Assembly: GCA_943789135.1 (NCBI GenBank) | Contig: CALSSY010000004.1 | Coordinates: forward strand, 62,726 to 126,725 | Origin: an uncultured Bacteroidia bacterium | GTDB taxonomy: Bacteria > Bacteroidota > Bacteroidia > NS11-12g > UBA955 | DNA length: 64,000 nt | Direction of reading: 5' to 3' | Shown: piece after piece, positions 51,743 through 63,623 of the stretch | Layout of the letters: the number at the start of each line of letters is the position of its first letter | Numbering within the stretch: position 1 is the first letter of the stretch | Notes under the pieces: model-generated | Told to the model about the DNA's origin: nothing | Database searches by the model: none | Seen by the model: the letters and a program-made list of their open reading frames with translations, nothing else | Translations under genes and position numbers: made by a program

Positions 51743-54118
51743 TTATTTGGACTTTCTGGATGATAAATCTATCGGATTCTTTACTTTTTCGTCAGTTAAG
51801 GCTAAATCCAATACTTCAAACATGTTATTGACAAAATGAAAAGACATTCCTTCAACGTAGTCCGGCTTTATATCTAATATGTCTTTTTCATTTTGTTTAC
51901 AAAGTATCACCTCTTTAATGCCAGCGCGTTTTGCCGCTAATATTTTCTCTTTGATACCGCCAACGGGTAAAACTTTACCTCTAAGTGTTATTTCTCCCGT
52001 CATTGCCAATTTATTCTTCACTTTTCTTTGGGTAAACAACGAAGCAAGAGCGGTTAGTATCGTTACACCAGCAGATGGTCCATCTTTAGGAATTGAACCC
52101 GCAGGAAAGTGAATATGGACATTCCATTGATCAAAAATCGCCGTATCCAATTCTAAATATTGAGCATGTGCCTTTAAAAAAGTATGCGCCAACGAAGTAC
52201 TTTCCTTCATCACTTCACCTAACTGACCTGTAACTTTCAATTCGCCTTTACCCGGAGTCAATGTGCTTTCTACAAAGAGTACACTTCCACCCATAGGGCT
52301 CCAAGCTAAACCAGCAACAACACCTGCTGTTTGATTGTTTTCGTATAATTCGGGTTCTAGCTTTTCAGGTCCTAAAATGGTTTCGATTTCACCTTGACTT
52401 AATGTTTTCTTATAGGATTCTCCTGACGCCTCTTGTTTAGCGGAAGCACGGGCAAGCGATGCTATTTTCTTTTCGAGGCCACGAACTCCACTTTCTCTGG
52501 TGTACTGTTCAATTATTAATTGCAGGCCGGCATCTGAAATTTTAAATTGAGTGCTTTTTAATCCGTGGGCTTTTCTTTGCTTGGGAATTAAATAGGTTTT
52601 TGCAATTTGTAATTTCTCTTCAACACTATATCCATGCAAATCGATAATTTCCATACGATCAAGTAATGCAGGTTGTATCGTATCCAAAGAATTGGCAGTA
52701 GCGACGAATAAGACTTTACTTAAATCGTAATCGTATTCTAAATAGTTATCGTAAAACGTGGCATTCTGTTCAGGGTCTAAAACCTCTAAAAGTGCAGAAC
52801 TTGGATCGCCTCGAAAGTCACGACCTAATTTATCAATTTCATCAAGCACAAAAACGGGATTTGAAGAACCCACCTTCTTGATATTTTGAATTACTCTGCC
52901 TGGCATGGCTCCTATATAGGTTTTACGGTGTCCACGAATCTCAGACTCATCATGAAGTCCTCCGAGACTCATTCGAACATATTTTCTACCTAATGCTCTA
53001 GCGATACTCTTCCCTAATGAAGTTTTACCTACACCTGGAGGTCCATGTAAACAAATAATCGGGGATTTCAAATCACCTTTAAGCTTAAGCACCGCCAGAT
53101 ATTCAAGTATACGAACCTTTACTTTATCCAATCCAAAATGATCTTCATCAAGTACTTTAGCGGCCCTAATTAAATCAAAATTATCATCGGTAAAGGTATC
53201 CCAAGGAAGGTCCAAAAGCAATTGAACATAGTTCAATCCCACAGAATAATCAGGTGAGGCGGGATTGATACGCCCCAATCGATCTAATTCTTTGTTGAAG
53301 TGTTCGCGAACCTCTTTCTTCCATGATTTCTTCGGCACCCTTTTAAGGCGTAGGTTTTCTATTTCCTTATCGGGCGATTCCGCGCCCAACTCCTCTTGAA
53401 TAGCTCGCATCTGCTGATGCTAGAAAATACTCTCGCTGTTGCTTGTCGATATCGGTTCTGAACCTTACTCTGAATTTGATCTTTCAATTCCAGCATCTGC
53501 AACTCCTTCGTGACATGCTCTAAGTACTCGGTGGGCTCTTGCACTTTGGTGAGATAAGACTCCAGATATTTCTTGCTTCTCGCCTACTGGAATATTCAGG
53601 TTTGATGCCACAAAGTGAATTAAGGAAACACACTCGAGTCAATATTCCGAATGGCAATCGAGGCCTCCGATGGAATGTTCGGTGACAAGTTGATGATATT
53701 ATTGGAAATATCCTTAATGCTGTCTATAATCGCTTTATACTCCTTGTCTTCTTTGAATGTCAAGGTCGGGATAATGCCGATACCTCCGCCTTCATGTAGG
53801 GCTCGGCTTGGGTTAGAGTCTCCTAACTTGCACGCGTCGCTTTACCTTGAATAATCACCGTTGTGGTTCCATCGGGCATGCGCATCAATTTGATGATTAT
53901 CTTAGCCAATACCCCAATAGCATAAACATCCTGCCAACCCTGGATCTTCTACCTCGGCGTTTCTTTGGGAAACTACGGCGATGGTTTTGTCTCCCTTGCT
54001 CGGCGTCTTTGATCAGTTTGATGCTCTTATCCCGGCCGACGGTTATTGGGAAAATCACCCCTGGAAACAATACCGTATTCTTTATGGCCAAGACGGGAAG
54101 TTCGCTGGGAATTTCCAT
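51743..54118 (-). pseudogene. lon: ATP-dependent Lon protease. The C-terminal 555 aa (AAA+ and S16 protease) are intact; the N-terminal ~250 aa (LON substrate-binding domain, 53410-54118) are broken by at least four frameshifts
   Basis: Walker A 'GPPGVGKTS' and catalytic 'PKDGPSAG' are in ORF 51743-53410; the N-terminus 'LPVLAIKNTVLFPGVIFPITVGRDKSIKLIKDA' is in ORF 53897-54118, and intervening fragments sit in other frames. Confidence 0.75.
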
Positions 54119-54440
54119 TTTATTGCTCTCGTCTTCTTCCTGCTTTCGAAAACAACGGCAAGAAACTCCGGCGTTCCGTCTACGTTATCCTCCTCATTCA
54201 TAAAGTCAAAGAAGGTCTCTTTCTGTTTAAACATCTCTTTTCGTATTATTCAAGGCTTATGCCAAACTGCAAATATCCACGAAAAACTAAAACAATTGAC
54301 CCTAAATTCTCTTTATTTCCCCTTTAGTGTCAGTATATCCGCCATTTTGACACATACAAAGAAAACAAAAGGCGACACAAAACTTTCATTTGCAATTGTT
54401 GTATAAATTGGGGAATTTGCACCCACAAAAATAAATTAAA

Positions 54441-55301
54441 ATGAAACATATGAATTTAAAAACTTGGATGTTGCTGTTGCCTTTATCCGCAATGGCGTTA
54501 TTGTCCTCTTGTGGAGGAGAAGAAGAGGTTCCAAAGCCTACCGCATCTATCACCATAACGGGCGATAAGATTTCGGGTAACGAAGTAGAGGTAGTATCCG
54601 ATATTGTTATTACTGCTTCTGCAACAGCGGGTTCAGAAAGTTTAAAGTCAGTTAAATTTTCAGTTAAAATTAACGGAGCTGCTGCTATCACTGTTTTGGA
54701 TACGGCTGTTATAAGCAAAAGCTTTACGGTAGTATCTCCTACAACAGCCTTGGGTTCAACCGGTGATGATGTGGAATACATTGTAACTGCGATGGATGCA
54801 AATGGAACTGAAGCAAGTGCAAGTACTAAATTATCTGTGGTTCCCAAATTATTGAGTTTGGATGGATCTGCGAACCAGATTGTTTACAACTCAAATGCGC
54901 AAGGACAAAATATCGCTTATGATTTGGTCGCTGGATTTGCATTGGCAAAAGGTTCGGCTCCTATCGATCAAGACATCAAAGATGCAACTGGTGCAACCGA
55001 GGTTCAGTGGTCTAAGAAATGGACTTCTGGAAACGGAACCAAGTTTATAAAAATCACTGCTAACGACTGGAACAATTCACGCAGCACCACTTATCTTTAC
55101 AACTTATATAAAGCCAATAAAGACAAAATGACTACCGAAATCACTTTCGAAGAAAAAGATGTGATTTTAGCTAAATCAACTCAGGATGTTGAATTTAACA
55201 TTTATATAATTCAAATCGACAAGGTAACCGATTTGCCTGCCGTTGGAAATAACAACGATTTCGCACAGTTTAGCGTGAAAGGAATCAATTATCCCAAATA
55301 A
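54441..55301 (+). CDS. lipoprotein with an Ig-like/Thr-Ala-rich region (hypothetical)
   Basis: lipobox 'LLSSCGG'; 286 aa. Confidence 0.5.
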   Translation: MKHMNLKTWMLLLPLSAMALLSSCGGEEEVPKPTASITITGDKISGNEVEVVSDIVITASATAGSESLKSVKFSVKINGAAAITVLDTAVISKSFTVVSPTTALGSTGDDVEYIVTAMDANGTEASASTKLSVVPKLLSLDGSANQIVYNSNAQGQNIAYDLVAGFALAKGSAPIDQDIKDATGATEVQWSKKWTSGNGTKFIKITANDWNNSRSTTYLYNLYKANKDKMTTEITFEEKDVILAKSTQDVEFNIYIIQIDKVTDLPAVGNNNDFAQFSVKGINYPK

Positions 55302-55330
55302 TAATCAAACTATTTTTGGTATTATTTACA

Positions 55331-55358
55331 AAAGCCCTCGACGATGTCGGGGGTTTTT
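55331..55358 (+). terminator. rho-independent terminator of the lipoprotein gene
   Basis: 'ccctcgac-gat-gtcggggg' (one G.U pair) followed by 'ttttt'. Confidence 0.65.
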
Positions 55359-55393
55359 GCTTATTTTGAACTTTCATTCAAAGATCGAATCAA

Positions 55394-56378
55394 GTGGAAT
55401 CAAATATTAAGAAGATTGCTGTCTTTACTTCAGGTGGAGACGCCCCCGGAATGAATGCCTGTGTGAGAGCAGCCGTGCGTACTTGTATATATTTTGGCAT
55501 AGATGTCTACGGCATAACCGGTGGTTATGACGGCATGATAAACAACCGTATTTCTCCCATGTCAGCATCTAGTGTTGGGAATATCATTCAGTACGGTGGT
55601 ACCATACTTAAATCAGCGCGTTCAAAGGAGTTTCGCACACCCGAGGGTCGCAAAATTGCCTATGATAACCTAAAATCTCACAATATTGATGCACTTGTGG
55701 CTATCGGTGGAGACGGAACCTACACGGGAGCCTTGAAATTCTCAGAAGAATACGGCATTCCCGTTATCGGATGTCCAGGTACCATCGACAATGACTTAGC
55801 CGGCACTGATTACACCATTGGATTCGATACCGCCACAAATACAGCCGTAGATGCAATCGATAAAATTCGCGACACAGCCGATGCGCACAATCGTGTGTTT
55901 TTCGTGGAAGTGATGGGGAGACATTCGGGACACATCGCGTTAAATGCAGCATTAGCAGGTGGAGCCGAAGGGGTTTTTATTCCGGAAAAAGAAAACGAAT
56001 TTGAAGATTTGATTAGTTTTCACAAGAACAAAAGAAGAGAGAAGCAATTCTCCATTTTTGTGGTTGCCGAAGGCGATGAACAAGGCCGTGCATATGGCAT
56101 TGGCAAATGCCTATCAGCAACATTTCCCTGAAGCAGATACACGCGTTACCGTTTTAGGCCATATTCAACGAGGCGGTAAACCAAGTGCCAATGATCGAAT
56201 CTTGGCTTCAAGATTAGGAGCACATGCGGTGAAGGGACTAATAGAAGGTAAAAAAGGAGTTGCAGTAGGCGTCATTAACCACGAAATCGTATTTACCAAA
56301 TTTGAAGAAGCCATTTACGGTAAAAAAGAAATAAGTGAAAATCTTTGGATTATGAACGGCATTTTAACCCGTTCGTAA
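55394..56378 (+). CDS. pfkA: ATP-dependent 6-phosphofructokinase, interrupted by a 1-bp insertion at about 56093
   Basis: '[12 protein letters not shown]' and 'GGDGT' motifs; frame A ends '..EGDEQGRA' and frame B continues '[28 protein letters not shown]'; the extra 't' is in 'gcaTatggc'. Confidence 0.8.
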
Positions 56379-56390
56379 AATACCAAAACC

Positions 56391-58052
56391 ATGCTCAAGC
56401 GCCTGCTGATATCACATTATGCACTCTTGGACCATTTAGAAATGGAACTTACAGAAGGCATGACTACCATCACCGGAGAAACCGGTGCAGGTAAATCAAT
56501 ATTACTGGGAGCAATTGGACTCATTTTAGGGCAACGGGCCGACACAAGTGTTGTTTCAACCGGTCATGAAAAGTGCATAATTGAGGGACATTTCGATATT
56601 AAGAAATTATCGCTTCAAGATTTTTTCGAAACCCAAGATTTGGATTACACCGATATTTGTATTTTTCGGAGGGAAATATCCAAAACAGGTAAATCGAGGG
56701 CTTTTATTAACGATACCCCAGTAACTTTGCCAGTGCTAAAGGAATTGGGGAGCCAATTGGTCGAAATCCAAACCCAACATACGAGCCACATGATGGCTCA
56801 AACGGATGTTCAACGTGAATTACTCGATGCGCTATTAATAAACCCTTCGATCCTCGAAAATTATAAAAAGAGTTTCGAACGATTCGAAACGACTTCGAGG
56901 TTGTTATCAGACTCAGAAAACCAATTAAAAAACATCATTAAAGAACGCGATTTTAATCAGTTTCAACTACAGGAAATTCAAATTCTCAAATTACTAGAAG
57001 GCGAAGAAACCTCGATTGAACAAGAAATAAATACCTTATCGCAAGCCGAAGAAATCAAAGAACATTTCAGCCAAGTGGCAATCGGCTTATCCGATGGCGA
57101 ACTAAATGTTCGCAGTTTAATTGGACAATTATATAATTTGATAAAAACATTTGAAGATTTAAAACCGGAGTTTGCAGATTTTAAACAACGATTAAAATCG
57201 ATATCAATTGAGGTTGATGACTTAGCCAACGAAGCAATTAATATTTCTGAAAAAACAGAGCAAAATCCCGAGCGATTGTTTGAGCTTAACGAACGTTTTG
57301 ATAAAATACAACAATTATTACGTAAACATGGGGTTAATACTTGTGTCGAACTACTAGAAATTGCCGAAGCGCTTCAAAAACACCTTTCTTCCACTGAAAC
57401 ACTCGAGAATACAATTGAAAAATTGCGAACTGAGCTGTCGGATTTAAAAACAACATGTACCTATCTCGCAAAAAATCTGCATCTCGAACGAATAAATGCC
57501 GGTGAAGAGTTATCGAACAAGTCCGTTGAAATTTTGAAGAAATTAAACATGCCTTACTCGCAGGTTGGCTTTGAAATTGAATTGAATCTAGATCAGATGA
57601 ATACTTTCGGGGCCGATGAAATCAAACTCTTGTTTACCGCAAATCCTGGAACCCAACTTCAAGCAGTTAGCGAAATTGCATCTGGGGGTGAATTATCCCG
57701 TTTAAATTTCGCTTTTAGAAGTATCATTTCCGAAAAGAAATTGCTCCCAACCCTTATTTATGATGAAGCAGATACAGGAATCAGTGGCGAAGTGGCAGCC
57801 AAATTGGGGCATTTATTTCGAGAATTGGGTAAGCGGCACCAAATTTTATGCATTAGCCATTTGCCACAGGTTGCCGCAGCAGGCAATCAACAATGGGAGG
57901 TGGTAAAGGTTCAAGACGCCAATAGCACGCGCAGTGAGGTTCGTTATTTAAACGAATCCGAACGTCCGTTAAGTATTGCTAAAATGCTTTCAGGTTCCGA
58001 AATGACGGAAGCAGCTATGAATCATGCCGCTCATTTACTATCGGGACATTAA
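56391..58052 (+). CDS. recN: DNA repair protein RecN
   Basis: Walker A 'GETGAGKSIL', coiled-coil middle, C-terminal signature; 553 aa, intact. Confidence 0.9.
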   Translation: MLKRLLISHYALLDHLEMELTEGMTTITGETGAGKSILLGAIGLILGQRADTSVVSTGHEKCIIEGHFDIKKLSLQDFFETQDLDYTDICIFRREISKTGKSRAFINDTPVTLPVLKELGSQLVEIQTQHTSHMMAQTDVQRELLDALLINPSILENYKKSFERFETTSRLLSDSENQLKNIIKERDFNQFQLQEIQILKLLEGEETSIEQEINTLSQAEEIKEHFSQVAIGLSDGELNVRSLIGQLYNLIKTFEDLKPEFADFKQRLKSISIEVDDLANEAINISEKTEQNPERLFELNERFDKIQQLLRKHGVNTCVELLEIAEALQKHLSSTETLENTIEKLRTELSDLKTTCTYLAKNLHLERINAGEELSNKSVEILKKLNMPYSQVGFEIELNLDQMNTFGADEIKLLFTANPGTQLQAVSEIASGGELSRLNFAFRSIISEKKLLPTLIYDEADTGISGEVAAKLGHLFRELGKRHQILCISHLPQVAAAGNQQWEVVKVQDANSTRSEVRYLNESERPLSIAKMLSGSEMTEAAMNHAAHLLSGH

Positions 58053-58083
58053 TAGATGTGAAGGAATTTTAATGCTTATTATC

Positions 58084-58558
58084 CTATGATTGCGTTATCT
58101 TTTCGTATTCATAATCGCGGTTTATTGCATTGTTTTTTGCGGCTTGTGTAGCAAGAAAATCGCAACGTTCATTTTCAGGCACTCCGGCATGACCCTTGAC
58201 CCAATTGAAATTTAATATGAAACGGTTTTGAAACCTTGAGATATTCTAACCAAAGATCCACATTCTTTACATTTTTGAATCCTTTTTTCACCCAATTACC
58301 AAGCCAGTTTTTGGAAATTGCATCACATACATATTTTGAGTCTGTGTAGATAGAAACCGGAATCTCGGGTTTATTTATTTGCCGTAACGCCACAATCACA
58401 GCCAAAAGTTCCATCCTATTGTTGGTGGTTAAAACAAATCCTTCGGATAATTCTTTTCGATGCTTCCCGTAAATTAAAACAGCACCGTATCCCCCAGGAC
58501 CTGGATTTCCCAAAGCAGCACCATCCGTGTAGATTATGATATCCGACATATCTAGCAA
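58084..58558 (-). CDS. rnhA: ribonuclease HI with a 1-bp insertion at about 58205 that shifts the last ~40 codons
   Basis: '[17 protein letters not shown]' N-terminus; the frame ends '..HIKFQ', and the +1 frame continues '[18 protein letters not shown]...' down to a TAG at 58084. Confidence 0.8.
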
Positions 58559-58609
58559 ACTTATGTCCTTTATTTCGGTGTGCGTAAAAAAAGGATTAAC
58601 GCCCTGTGG

Positions 58610-59867
58610 ATTTCGATACTTTTGCAGATATGGATATTGAAGTAATCACCATTGGCGATGAATTACTAATCGGTCAAACGAGTGGATACCAATAGCGTCT
58701 ATCTTGCGCACAGGTACTTGCCCCGTTGGGCCTTGAATATTTCAAGAAAGACGTGCAATTACGCGATCACCAAGGAAGCCATTATTTCCTCCTTAAACGA
58801 GGGATCGTTTACTCGTGTGGATTTCTAATTATCGTAACTGGGGGTTTAGGTCCTACCAATGACGATATAACCAAATCCGTTCTTACAATCCTATTTCCAA
58901 TTGCGGAACCCGAATTGATCATTCTGTATTGGAACATTTAAAAGTAATTTTCAAAGATCGTGACCCGCAATTGTTTGAGATTAATAAAATGCAGGCGAAT
59001 CTGCCCGATGTGCTGAAACACTTTTTAATTCACAGGGAACAGCACCCGGAATGTGGTTTGAGCGAAATGGCAAATATTTGGCGGCAATGCCCGGTGTACC
59101 AGGTGAAGTAAAAGCCATCACCGAAGAGTCACTTATTCCTAAAATAAATGCGCTTTTCACACTCCCCTCTACCCTTCATAGAACGCTTACTACCGCGTTA
59201 ATTCCTGAGAGCCTAATTTCTCAAAAATTACAAAATTTCGAATCAAATATACCCGGTTGCGGTCTTGCGTATTTACCAAGTCACAATATGGTTAAATTGC
59301 GATTAACCCGCTTGGACCCCAATTTGCCAATTGAAACTTTTAACTCTCATTGGGAATTACTAAAGAATGAATTGGGTGATTGGATTTTTTGTGCCCAAGA
59401 CCTAAGTATGGCTGAATGGGTTATTCAAACAGCTAAAGACCATTCATTGAAAATTGCAACGGCCGAAAGTTGTACAGGTGGTTTTATCGCCAACCAAATC
59501 GTTCAAGTTACTGGTGCATCCTCCGTTTTTTTAGGAAGTATTGTAGCTTATGACAACAGTGTCAAAAACTGATTTACTCGGAGTTAATCCCGAAACCATT
59601 GAAAAACATGGTGCTGTAAGTCCAGAAGTTGCAGTCCAAATGGTGGAAGGCGTATGTGCTAAATTGAATTCCGGTATTGGAATCGCCACGACAGGAATTG
59701 CAGGTCCGACAAATGGTACCACCGAAAAGCCAACGGGTACAATATATATTGCAGTAAAGTTCAAGAATGAAATAACCGTCCAAAAATATGTCTTACGTGG
59801 GGGTAGATTGGACTTCATGATTCGAGCCATGAATTCTGCGATGAAACAACTAAAAGAATTGCTTTGA
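58610..59867 (+). pseudogene. cinA: competence/damage-inducible protein CinA, broken by at least four frameshifts
   Basis: 'ITIGDELLIGQT' N-terminus at 58610, and 'VTGGLGPTNDDITK', 'MWFERNGKYLAAMPGVPGEV' and the C-terminal CinA domain 'TAESCTGGFIANQI' spread over ORFs 58726-58941, 58929-59111, 59051-59572 and 59550-59867. Confidence 0.75.
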
Positions 59868-59914
59868 TTTACTCTTCGGATAAGGATTAAGCGTTATCTT
59901 TGTGTTTCATATTT

Positions 59915-61451
59915 ATGACTGAAAAAATCCTCATTTATGACTTTGGATCTCAATACACCCAGTTGATAGCCCGAAGATTGCGTGAAATTAATGTTTATTG
60001 CGAAATCCATCCTTTTAACAGTGAAGTAAAGCCTGATGAAATAACCAAAGGTGTTATTCTTTCAGGAAGTCCGTGTTCAGTTAATGATGAAAATCCTCCT
60101 CAAATTGACTTAATGTCTTTATTTGAAAAAGTGCCCGTACTCGGCGTTTGCTATGGAGCTCAATATATGGCAAAAATGGCCGGCGGTCAGGTTGATAAAA
60201 GCAATCATCGCGAATACGGACGTGCCAAGATGCTTCAAACAGGTATCAGCAATGATCTTCTCGATGGTTTGAGTTATGAAAGTCAAGTTTGGATGAGTCA
60301 TGGTGATACCATAGGTACCTTACCCAATGAATTTGAAATCATTGCCAAATCAGATTCTATTCCCGTTGCCGGATTTAAATGGAACGGACAACCCAATCCG
60401 GTGTATGGTATCCAATTCCACCCTGAGGTGTATCACAGCACGGAAGGATTGGATTTATTGAAAAACTTTGCATTGAATATTTGCGATTGTAAAGCAGATT
60501 GGACCCCAGGACATTTCATCAACGACACCGTTTCAAGTTTAAGAGAAACTCTCGGTGATGACAAAGTTATATTGGGTCTTTCTGGGGGTGTGGATAGTTC
60601 AGTTGCTGCAGCCTTATTGAATCAGGCAATTGGTGATAATCTTACGTGTATATTCATCGATAATGGTCTTCTCAGAAAAAATGAGTTCCAAGAAGTTCAA
60701 GAAAATTATAAAAGTATGAACTTGAATTTATTGGCAATTGATGCATCTGAAGAATTTTATCAGCGAATTGGCCGGAAAAAGCGATCCTGAAGAAAAAAGA
60801 AAAACCATTGGACGTGTTTTCATTGAGGTTTTTCAACGAGAAGCCGCTAAAATTAAAGGAGCTTCTTGGCTCGCTCAAGGAACCATTTATCCAGATGTTA
60901 TTGAAAGCGTAAGTGTCAACGGTCCCTCAGTTACGATAAAATCGCACCACAATGTTGGTGGATTGCCTGAGAAGATGAATTTAAAGGTTATTGAGCCTTT
61001 ACGTGCATTATTCAAGGATGAAGTGCGTAGAGTGGGTAAGGCGATGAATTTAGGCCATACACTACTTGGTCGACACCCATTCCCGGGGCCCGGCCTTGCA
61101 ATTCGTATTTTGGGCGATATTACTCCCGAGAAAGTGGCATTATTACAAGAAGCAGACTATATTTATACTCAGATATTAAGAAAAACAGATTGGTACGATA
61201 AAATTTGGCAAGCAGGAGCTATTTTATTACCTGTGCATAGTGTTGGTGTTATGGGAGATGAAAGAACATACGAACAAGTTGTTGCTTTGCGTGCAGTAAG
61301 CAGTACTGACGGTATGACAGCAGATTGGGTTCACATCCCTTACGAAATACTTGCTGAAATTTCAAATTCAATCATCAATCAAGTAAAAGGAATCAATCGC
61401 GTGGTTTACGATATTAGCTCAAAACCACCTGCAACTATTGAATGGGAATAA
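59915..61451 (+). CDS. guaA: GMP synthase (glutamine-hydrolysing), interrupted by a 1-bp insertion at about 60758 in a T4 run
   Basis: GATase 'GVCYGAQ', ATP-PPase '[10 protein letters not shown]'; frame A '..DASEEF' then frame B '[15 protein letters not shown]...' to the C-terminal 'IEWE'. Confidence 0.85.
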
Positions 61452-61453
61452 AA

Positions 61454-62564
61454 TGAAACTAAAATCGCGCCTTTTTTTAGCTTTATGCATCTTTTGCTTA
61501 AAAAGTGAACTCGTGCACAAGCACCAATCAATCTGAATGTGGGCGTACTCCTTCCCTTCTACAGCGATACAACATCATCACTTTCTCAACAGCAAATTTC
61601 ACAAGCCGCTTTGGATTATTATGCAGGTTTGAGAATTGCCGCTGAAGATTTAAACAAATGGAATGTTTCAATAAACTTGAGAGTTTGGGATCTTCAAAAG
61701 ATGAGCGATTCTGCGCTAATTTTACTGCCTAAAAGCGCGGAATTTCAATCATTAGACATATTTTTTGGGCCTATAACACAGAAGCCTGTTGATCTAATTT
61801 CTACCAACCTTCAACAAACAGATTTTCTATGGGTTTCGCCACTTACCAATCTTAAACTTCCAAAAATTGTTCAGAATGTCAACTTTTTCGGTCATGACTC
61901 ACTGAGAATAAAAGGTCTTGTTAATCAGTTAAAATTATCATATCCAGAACATACGTTTTGCCTAATAGTAGACAAGAAGAATCAATCTCTTGTAAAGTAT
62001 TACAAGAAGGAACTTAAAAAAGCTAAGATTGCTTATACCGAACATTTTGTATCTGGGAATAAAGTAAGTCCTAGAATAACAACAAAGACAGAATCATTGA
62101 TTTTACTTAATGTTGGAACGAGTTCTTTCAGCCGTTTGGCACAGTTTTCAAATGTTTCTAGAAAAGTAGATAGCTATATTGTAGGAGATTTTAACTGGTT
62201 TGACGATTTGTCCGCAGCTGAAGAGATTGATGAAACAAAAATCATCTACCCCAGCATGAATTTTATTAGTGGCCTCGACAGTTCTGCTCTTCGATTCACG
62301 GAAACATTTATTAAAACCGAACGCGCAGAACCAAGCAAGTTTGGATTTCAAGCATACGATCAATTAACCTTTTTAGGCGGACTTTTTGCAACTAATGGTC
62401 GTTTGGATTTAAATGATTTACCAAACGCACGATACAACGGATTGATCAATACTTTTGAATTGAAAAGATCGCACCCGCGTACTTTTGTTAATCAAGGTAT
62501 TCGTTTGATTAGAAACGAAAAGATTGAACTTGCCCCCGTTGAAGAGGACGAAACGACAAAATGA
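61454..62564 (+). CDS. periplasmic substrate-binding-protein-like hypothetical protein; its N-terminal signal-peptide region (61454-61540) is in a different frame from the main ORF
   Basis: an ATG at 61454 gives 'MKLKSRLFLALCIFCL', then shifts into '..AQAPINLNVGVLLPFYSD'. Confidence 0.4.
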
Positions 62565-63610
62565 TTTCGAGGCGACATCCCCGACATTATAATCAAGCCG
62601 TAAAAATTATTGAGGCTTACGATGGCAAAACACCATTTCCCATATACTTAAGCAATATTTTTAGGCAGAATAAAAATTGGGGAAGTAAGGACCGTAAATC
62701 CTACCGAGAACTTTGTTATTTGATTTTAAAAAACTTCCGACTATTTGAACATTCAGAGAATCCAATAGATTTACTACTTCAACTCGATTCAGATAGTTCT
62801 GACATATGACTTAGAACCCTATTTGGATTTACATTCGTTTATTTCGATACATTAATATAAACCAATTAGGTACATGGTTTCAACATATCCACCCACTTTC
62901 TATTACTCTTGGGAATTCGATTCTAGTTTATTGAATTTACAAGCCCGTTTGTTACCCGATATTCAAACTTGGATATTCGAAAAACAACCAAGCTTAAATT
63001 CGTTAATTGAAAATGGTAAAGGCATAATACAAGACATAGCGAGTACTCAAGTCATACAGTATTATTCGAATTATTTTACATCAAAGAGAGTTTGGGATTG
63101 TTGCGCTGGGGCCGGTGGAAAAGCACTAATGATTGCGCATTTAACTTCTCCATCAGAATTAATTTGTAGCGATATTCGACCACAAATTTTAGAAAATCTA
63201 AAATCGCGTTTTGAACTCAACCGAAAAAAAACTCCACAACTAGAGTAATCGACGTATCCAATACCCGATTCGAAATTACAGATATCCAACCCGAAATTAT
63301 TTTTGCAGATGTCCCATGCAGTGGAAGCGGCACATGGAGAAGGAATCCAGAAGTTTTAAAATACTTTGACGTTTCTAAAATAAACCATTTCAAACAACGT
63401 CAAAAACATATTCTTGGAACGCTCTCAACGTTAGGTTCAGCTGAATACATCATTTATTGTACGTGTTCAATCTTCAAAGGAGAAAATGAAGAGGTTATTT
63501 CAGAGTTTTTAAAAGAGAATTCGCAATTCCGCTGCGAAAGCATGATGTATCACGGTGAAATAGAGATACGGAAAATGTCCGTGGTGATTATTTATTCAGT
63601 GCTCTATTAA
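62561..63610 (+). pseudogene. RsmB/Sun-family SAM-dependent rRNA (cytosine-C5) methyltransferase, fragmented into 62561-62809, 62874-63248 and 63250-63610
   Basis: SAM-binding 'DCCAGAGGK' and catalytic 'DVPCSGSGTWRR' motifs lie in different frames. Confidence 0.6.
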
Positions 63611-63623
63611 AGCGCCATGTAAT

